NCBI GenBank assembly: GCA_947499615.1
Contig: CANMOP010000004.1
Coordinates: forward strand, 38,501 to 102,500
Direction: 5' to 3'
DNA: 64,000 nt
From: Chloroflexota bacterium
Lineage (GTDB): Bacteria; Chloroflexota; Dehalococcoidia; UBA2979
Made by a program: the position numbers and the translations under genes. Numbering within the stretch: the first letter of the stretch is position 1; each line of letters opens with the position of its first letter. Shown piece after piece: positions 57,735-64,000 of the stretch. The notes below the pieces were generated by a model. That model made no database searches, was not told where the DNA came from, and saw only the letters and a program-made list of their open reading frames with translations.

Positions 57735-57841
57735 GAACGGTGCCTCCTACCAGGAGACGGCGCGATCACTGCGCCGCCAATCGACTGATTCTAGCATCCG
57801 GGCCGTTTGAGCCACAACGGACGCTCGCTCCCCGTGGCGTG

Positions 57842-58363
57842 TTACGCCGGAGGGGCCTCATCCGGTGTGTACTCAAGAACAACCGCGCCCTGCTCCACGC
57901 GGCCGCCCTGCTCACAGCGGATGCTGGTGACGGTACCGGCGTGCGCAGACTGGATCTCGTTCTGCATCTTCATCGCCTCGATGACCAGCAGCGTCTGGCC
58001 AGCCTCGATGTGGGCGCCGACGGCGACGCGCAGTTCCGTCACCACGCCTGCCAGCGGCGCGGTGACCTCGCCGGCACGATCCTTGGCGCCCAGGGCACCC
58101 CGCTGCCGTCCTGCCGGCGCCGGCGCGATCTGGAAGCGCCGCCCGCCGACCACCACCTCGTGACCCGCACCACGGCGAGCGACGTAGGCGGTCTCCGGGT
58201 GACCGTCGATGAGCATCGAGAATGTACCGGGCATCCCGGTGGTAGCGAGATCGACCTCGAAGGCCGGCTCGTCATCGATCGCCACAGTGAGCCGCCCGCC
58301 GATCGTGTCGACCACGATCGTGCGTTCGCGCCCGTTGACTAGGAAGCGGTGCCGCGTCGCCAT
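57842..58363 (-). CDS. biotin carboxyl carrier protein (biotinyl domain) with about 90-aa N-terminal extension
   Basis: C-terminal biotinylation motif EAMKMQNEI inside a biotin/lipoyl hammerhead. The N-terminal extension is of unknown function. Confidence 0.75.
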   Translation of the reverse strand: MATRHRFLVNGRERTIVVDTIGGRLTVAIDDEPAFEVDLATTGMPGTFSMLIDGHPETAYVARRGAGHEVVVGGRRFQIAPAPAGRQRGALGAKDRAGEVTAPLAGVVTELRVAVGAHIEAGQTLLVIEAMKMQNEIQSAHAGTVTSIRCEQGGRVEQGAVVLEYTPDEAPPA

Positions 58364-59892
58364 CCGCTGCCCCCTCCCGCTGAAGACCGCAATTGCATCG
58401 CACGTGCCCGTCCCTGTGCCGCCCAGGTGCTCCCGGAGACACCAGCCGACGGTGTACCCGAGGCCTGCTTCGCGCCGCCCATCCCAGCAGCCAGAGCGGC
58501 GGCAATGAGAGCCACGCGCTCCCGCGGGTCGTCCTCCTGCAGTTCCGGCATGGTGAACGAAGCTTCCAGCCACCCGGTGTGAATCGCGCCGGACATGAAG
58601 TCGGCGTTCTCAAACAGCGCGAGGTGGAACGGGATGTTGGTATCGATACCGACGATCAGCAGGTCGCGCAGGGCACGCCGCATGCGCCGGATTGCCAGGT
58701 CGCGATCCTCCGCCCACACGATGAGCTTGCCGAGCAGCGAGTCGTAGAAGATCGGCACGTCGAGCCCATCGAAGAGCATCGTGTCGAAGCGCGTGCCGGG
58801 GCCCAGCGGCGGCTGCATGTGCTCCACCAGCCCCAGGCTCGGCATGAAGTTGCGGTAGGGGTCCTCGCCGTTGATGCGGCACTCAATCGCCCAGCCTCGA
58901 GGCTCAATCGGGCCCGGGTACGGCGGTAGTGGCTCACCAGCGGCAACCATCAGTTGCTGCTTCACCAGGTCAACGCTGTAGACCAGCTCGGTGACCGGGT
59001 GCTCCACCTGCAGGCGAGCGTTGACTTCCAGAAAGTAGAACTCCCCGTTCGCGTCCAGCAGGAACTCCACCGTGCCTGCGTTCTGGTAGCCGCAGGAGCG
59101 CACCGCGGCGATAGCCGCATCGCACATGCGCTTGCGCAACTCCGGTGAGACGGCGACCGACGGCGACTCCTCCACCAACTTCTGGTGGCGTCGCTGCACG
59201 GAGCACTCGCGTTCGCCGTAGGCGCGCACGGTGCCGTGCGTGTCCGCCATGATCTGCACTTCGACGTGGCGGGCGTTAGTCACGTACCGCTCGAGGAAGA
59301 TGGTGGCGTCACCGAACGACGCGCCAGCCTCGGCGCCCGAGGCCCGCATGGCGCCCTCGAGGTCCTCCAGCCGCTCCACGAGTCGAATGCCGCGCCCACC
59401 GCCGCCGGCAGCGGCCTTCACCAGCAATGGGAAGCCGATGCGCTGCGCTTCCGTGCGAGCACGCTCCACGTCGTTGACATCGATGTCGTTCGCGCCGGGA
59501 ACCACCGGCACGCCGGCGTCCTCCATCAGTTTGCGCGCGGACACCTTGTCGCCCAGCGCGCGCATGGCCGCGCCGGGCGGGCCGATGAACGCGATCCCGG
59601 CTTCCACGCACGCATCAGCGAAGCGGGAGTTCTCCGACAAGAAACCATAGCCGGGATGAATGGCCTGGGCCCCGGTGTCCTTCGCCGCCTGGATGATCTT
59701 CTCGATCACCAGATACGACTCCGCAGCAGGGCCGGCACCAATGCAGACTGCAGCGTCCGCATTACGTACGTGCAGCGCGTTGCGATCGGCCTCTGAATAG
59801 ACCGCAACCGTCTCAATACCCAGTTCGCGACAAGTGCGCTGGACACGCAGCGCGATCTCGCCTCGGTTCGCAAGCAGAATACGGGTGAACAA
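58339..59892 (-). CDS. accC: biotin carboxylase subunit of acetyl/acyl-CoA carboxylase
   Basis: ATP-grasp motifs (ILLANRGEIA, GYGFLSEN, KAAAGGGGRGIR). TTG start preceded by GGGAG. About 65-aa Gly/Ala/Ser-rich C-terminal tail. Confidence 0.85.
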   Translation of the reverse strand: MFTRILLANRGEIALRVQRTCRELGIETVAVYSEADRNALHVRNADAAVCIGAGPAAESYLVIEKIIQAAKDTGAQAIHPGYGFLSENSRFADACVEAGIAFIGPPGAAMRALGDKVSARKLMEDAGVPVVPGANDIDVNDVERARTEAQRIGFPLLVKAAAGGGGRGIRLVERLEDLEGAMRASGAEAGASFGDATIFLERYVTNARHVEVQIMADTHGTVRAYGERECSVQRRHQKLVEESPSVAVSPELRKRMCDAAIAAVRSCGYQNAGTVEFLLDANGEFYFLEVNARLQVEHPVTELVYSVDLVKQQLMVAAGEPLPPYPGPIEPRGWAIECRINGEDPYRNFMPSLGLVEHMQPPLGPGTRFDTMLFDGLDVPIFYDSLLGKLIVWAEDRDLAIRRMRRALRDLLIVGIDTNIPFHLALFENADFMSGAIHTGWLEASFTMPELQEDDPRERVALIAAALAAGMGGAKQASGTPSAGVSGSTWAAQGRARAMQLRSSAGGGSGWRRGTAS

Positions 59893-60008
59893 GTTCTCGC
59901 TCCCGCCGTCGCAGATGCTTCGCGGTAGCCTCGCACGTCCCCTGCGGTGCGGCAACCACGGGCCGAATGCTGCTGATCCCAGCGGGCCATCGTGGTAGCG
60001 TCGAACGT

Positions 60009-60605
60009 ATGAAACACACGAGGCGGTGGGTCGCGATTCTTGGGTGCGCACTGGTCGTCGCGGCGCTGGCAGTAGGGTGCTCCGGCAGCTCGATCGGCCC
60101 GCAAGCAACGGGCTCACGCACGCCAATCCCACGCGTGGACATCACGCCCACCCCGTCCGCCACCCCCGGGCCGCTGCCGATGCCGACGACGCCGCCCGCC
60201 TCCGCCGCCGTCCCACCCAGTGGCGATGACCGCTCCTGCGCGGCCTCTCACCCTTGGGGCAGACCGGTGACCAGCGGCTTCGTTTGCGTGGATGGCCCGC
60301 CGGAGGTGGGCGACGGCCTGAATGGGCGTCGGGTCAACGTGCGAGGCTTCGCAGGCGGTGCGCCGAACGATCAATTGTTTGTTGAGTGGCAGGTGCGGTC
60401 TTCGGAAGGGCGACTCTCACCGGAGGCCCCGGCGCGCACGCTGTGGTCATTCAGCGCCCCGGCGCCTGGTCAGCCGGGCGGCTGGGTCATGTCCATCGAC
60501 CAGGCCAGCAATGTGGCGGGATCCACCCTGGTATTTACCGCGGTGATGCAGTCCGCCGACGATGTTCGCATCGCCGAGTCGAAGCTCGAGGTTCCGATCC
60601 GATAG
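60009..60605 (+). CDS. hypothetical lipoprotein
   Basis: Signal peptide with lipobox LAVGCSG. Pro/Thr-rich linker. Single Cys pair. No recognisable domain. Confidence 0.5.
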   Translation: MKHTRRWVAILGCALVVAALAVGCSGSSIGPQATGSRTPIPRVDITPTPSATPGPLPMPTTPPASAAVPPSGDDRSCAASHPWGRPVTSGFVCVDGPPEVGDGLNGRRVNVRGFAGGAPNDQLFVEWQVRSSEGRLSPEAPARTLWSFSAPAPGQPGGWVMSIDQASNVAGSTLVFTAVMQSADDVRIAESKLEVPIR

Positions 60606-60652
60606 GCCAGTCGTCCGGCAGGCTGATGACAACCCGCCGGACGCGCCCTCTG

Positions 60653-62419
60653 CTACCATTCGGACGATTGAGCCGCCCGCGCGTCGCGCTCCTCGGCGAG
60701 CCGCGCTGCCACCTCGTCCAGGCCGCGAGCGCCCAGGTCGCCGCCACCGCGGGTGCGCACGGAGACTTCCCGCTGCTCGGCCTCCCGGTCACCGACCACG
60801 AACATGTACGGCACCTTCTGCAGTTGCGCCTGCCGAATCTTGGCACCCATGCGCGCCGGCCCGTCGTCCACCTCGGCGCGCAATCGACGAGTGCGCAACG
60901 ACGCGGCTACCTCGCGTGCGTACTCCACGTGCCGATCCGCGATCGGGATCACGACGGCCTGAACGGGCGCGAGCCACAGCGGGAACCGTCCCTCGGTGTG
61001 CTCCAGATACACCCCGAGGAACCGCTCCAACGAGCCAAGGATGGCTCGATGCAACATGGCTGGCTGGTGCTCTTGCCCGTCGTCACCGATGTAGGTGAGC
61101 GCGAAGCTCTCCGGCATCTTCATGTCCAACTGCACGGTGCCCACTTGCCATGATCGGCCCAGGGCGTCGCGGAAGTGGAACTCCACCTTCGGGCCGTAGA
61201 ACGCGCCCTCGCCGGGGAGCAGCCCACACTCCCAGCCGGCGGCCCGTACCGCCTCCTCCAGCCGACGCTCACCGAGCGCCCAGTCTTCGACGGTTCCGAC
61301 GTATCGCTCCGGCCGCCCGGCAACGAACACCTCGACACCCTCGATGCCCAGCGCGGTGTACACGCGCATCGTCATCTCGAAGAACTTCGCCAGCTCCGAC
61401 TCCACCTGGTCGGGTGCGCAGTAGATGTGCGAGTCGTCCTGCGCGAAGGAGCGCACGCGAGTCATGCCGTGCAGCACGCCGGACCGCTCGTTGCGATGCA
61501 ACCGCGAGAACTCCGCGAAACGCAGCGGCAGATCGCGATAGGAGCGCAGCGCCGAGCGGAAGAAGAAGCAATGTCCGGGGCAGTTCATCGGCTTCACCGC
61601 CAACTCGCGGTCGTCAGCCTCGAACATGAACATGTCGTCGCGGAAGTTCTGGTAATGCCCGGACGTCTTGAACAACTCGGCATCGAAGATCTGCGGGGTG
61701 ATGACTTCCTGGTAGCCGTATTCCAGGTACAGGTCGCGGATGTAGTCCGTGAGGCCGTTGTAGAGCACGGTGCCCTTCGGGTGATAGAAGGGGGAGCCGG
61801 GTGCGATCGGGTCCAGGTGGAAGAGATCCAACTCGCGGCCCAGTCGACGATGGTCGCGCCGCTCGGCCTCTTCGCGCTGCAGCAGGTAGGCGTCCAGCTC
61901 CGCCTGCGTGGGATAGAGCGCGCCGTAGATGCGCTGCAACATCGGCCGATGCTCATCGCCACGCCAATAGGCGCCAGCGACGTGCGTCAGCGTGAAGGCC
62001 CCGATCTGGCCGGTGCTCTCGGTGTGTCCACCTCGGCAGAGGTCGTGGAACTCGCCATGCTCGAAGTAGCCGACAGTCTCGTCGGTGATGTCCGCGATCA
62101 GCTCCAGCTTGTATGGCTGGTCCGCGAAGATGCGGCGCGCCTCGTCCTTCGAAATCTGCGCGCCGCGGATCGCGAGATCGCGAGCCACGGACACGTGCAT
62201 GCGCGCTTCCAGTGTCACCAGATCGTCCGGGTTGAGGGGGCGAGGGAGGTCGAAGTCGTAGTAGAACCCATGCGCGATCGGCGGGCCGATCGCGTATTTC
62301 CCGTCCGGGAACATCTCCAGCACGGCCTCCGCCAGCACGTGAGCCGCAGAGTGGCGCATGCGGAACAGCCGCTCCTCCGGGGGAAGCGCGTCGAAAGACT
62401 GATCGTGTCCGTCCACCAT
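60653..62419 (-). CDS. thrS: threonyl-tRNA synthetase (N-terminally short form lacking TGS domain)
   Basis: Class II motifs (HRNERSGVLHGMTRVRSF, FYGPKVEF), Zn site CxxxH...H, editing-domain remnant and anticodon-binding domain. Start at MVDGHDQ gives about 588 aa. Confidence 0.9.
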   Translation of the reverse strand: MVDGHDQSFDALPPEERLFRMRHSAAHVLAEAVLEMFPDGKYAIGPPIAHGFYYDFDLPRPLNPDDLVTLEARMHVSVARDLAIRGAQISKDEARRIFADQPYKLELIADITDETVGYFEHGEFHDLCRGGHTESTGQIGAFTLTHVAGAYWRGDEHRPMLQRIYGALYPTQAELDAYLLQREEAERRDHRRLGRELDLFHLDPIAPGSPFYHPKGTVLYNGLTDYIRDLYLEYGYQEVITPQIFDAELFKTSGHYQNFRDDMFMFEADDRELAVKPMNCPGHCFFFRSALRSYRDLPLRFAEFSRLHRNERSGVLHGMTRVRSFAQDDSHIYCAPDQVESELAKFFEMTMRVYTALGIEGVEVFVAGRPERYVGTVEDWALGERRLEEAVRAAGWECGLLPGEGAFYGPKVEFHFRDALGRSWQVGTVQLDMKMPESFALTYIGDDGQEHQPAMLHRAILGSLERFLGVYLEHTEGRFPLWLAPVQAVVIPIADRHVEYAREVAASLRTRRLRAEVDDGPARMGAKIRQAQLQKVPYMFVVGDREAEQREVSVRTRGGGDLGARGLDEVAARLAEERDARAAQSSEW

Positions 62420-62575
62420 GAAATGCTCCTGTCCGACTCGCCGTACGCGGGCGTGGACGGCTGGGACCGCCGACACGACGACAGTAGCGCGGGCGGCTGG
62501 CGTGGGGAACAGGCAGCGCATCAGACGACGCGACGGGCCGAGGAGATCAGGGCGATTCGGAAGGAGAGGGGCCGG

Positions 62576-62652
62576 TGGTGGGCGATACTGGATTCGAACC
62601 AGTGACCTCTGCGATGTCAACGCAGCGCTCTAACCAACTGAGCTAACCGCCC
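62576..62652 (-). tRNA. tRNA-Val (anticodon GAC)
   Basis: Cloverleaf folded by hand on the minus strand: acceptor GGGCGGT/ATCGCCC, D-arm GCTC-AGTTGGTT-GAGC, anticodon arm CTGCG-TTGACAT-CGCAG, T-arm ACTGG-TTCGAAT-CCAGT, encoded CCA. Confidence 0.9.
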
Positions 62653-62744
62653 CTGCCGGAACGGAGCGTATCGCCGTGTGCAAGGCACAGTCAACGCGCC
62701 GTGGCGGTTCTCACTGTGCACGTAAACAGTTGGTATTGGATTCG

Positions 62745-62773
62745 TTGACACGCATTAGGGTGCCTGATAACGT
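62745..62773 (+). promoter_or_regulatory. candidate sigma70-type promoter for the tRNA-Lys/tRNA-Leu cluster (TTGACA, 17-bp spacer, TG-extended TAACGT)
   Basis: Perfect -35 hexamer in a locally AT-richer patch about 55 nt upstream of tRNA-Lys. The -10 is weak (3/6). A mirror-image TTGACT...ATACGC lies on the minus strand upstream of tRNA-Val at 62666-62694. Confidence 0.3.
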
Positions 62774-62831
62774 CCGGCCTCACGGAGTCGACCTCCAACA
62801 GGTGGAAGGAATCTGGGTATCCGTTTTCTGT

Positions 62832-62906
62832 GGGCCTCTAGCTCAATGGTAGAGCAGCTGACTCTTAATCAGCCGGTTCAGGGTTCGAGCCCCTGGGGGC
62901 TCACCA
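62832..62906 (+). tRNA. tRNA-Lys (anticodon CTT)
   Basis: Acceptor GGGCCTC/GGGGCTC (two G-U), D-arm GCTC-AATGGTA-GAGC, anticodon arm GCTGA-CTCTTAA-TCAGC, T-arm CAGGG-TTCGAGC-CCCTG, encoded CCA. Confidence 0.85.
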
Positions 62907-62984
62907 CACAGACGCCGACCGTACCCAAGAAATTCCACCCGGGCCGAGGAGTCTACCGCCGACCAGCAGGGTTTCGTCCGCCGG

Positions 62985-63069
62985 GGGGAAGTGTCGGAAC
63001 TGGCAGACGAGCATGATTTAGGATCATGTGCCGCAAGGCGTGGGAGTTCGAGTCTCCTCTTCCCCACCA
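62985..63069 (+). tRNA. tRNA-Leu (anticodon TAG), class II with long variable arm
   Basis: Acceptor GGGGAAG/CTTCCCC, anticodon arm CATGA-TTTAGGA-TCATG, long variable stem-loop GCCGCAAGGCGTGG, T-arm GGGAG-TTCGAGT-CTCCT, encoded CCA. Confidence 0.85.
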
Positions 63070-63135
63070 GGGCTGAGGACAATCTCATCCGGAGAGCGGG
63101 CATCCACCAACGCGGGCAGGCTGAAGGAGGGGCAA

Positions 63136-64000
<865 letters not shown>

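Overview
This is a high-GC (about 68-70%) bacterial chromosomal window. Gene content suggests a Chloroflexota (Thermomicrobia-like) or similar high-GC lineage, but that is not verifiable from sequence alone. It is dense in housekeeping genes:

- Aminoacyl-tRNA synthetases: metG, hisS, alaS, pheST, thrS.
- Translation factors and ribosomal proteins: prfA-prmC, efp, infC-rpmI-rplT.
- Shikimate pathway: aroE, aroC, an aroK-aroB fusion, and aroQ.
- DNA metabolism and recombination: recO, xseAB, topA-dprA-xerC, ruvX.
- Other: relA/spoT, glmU, moeA-mobB, accC-BCCP, four tRNAs.

The clearest candidate for a novel element is a low-GC (about 52%) mini-island of about 1.3 kb, inserted between prfA and hisS and lying between a broken tRNA-like T-arm fragment and a long inverted repeat. 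It carries one 359-aa gene with an N-terminal PIN-like nuclease fold and an uncharacterised C-terminal domain, which could be a single-gene defence or toxin module.

Other accessory-type content:

- An orphan HicB-like antitoxin at the 3' end of pheT.
- An aquaglyceroporin-ArsC arsenic pair.
- A 1253-aa multi-GAF GGDEF sensor.
- Tandem cyclophilins.
- A secreted S1 protease.
- A YHYH lipoprotein and DUF4870 patch.
- infC with an apparent AUC start codon.
- A strongly structured pheS-pheT spacer.

No CRISPR array, rRNA or obvious transposase was seen. Many long antisense ORFs in the six-frame track are high-GC artefacts.
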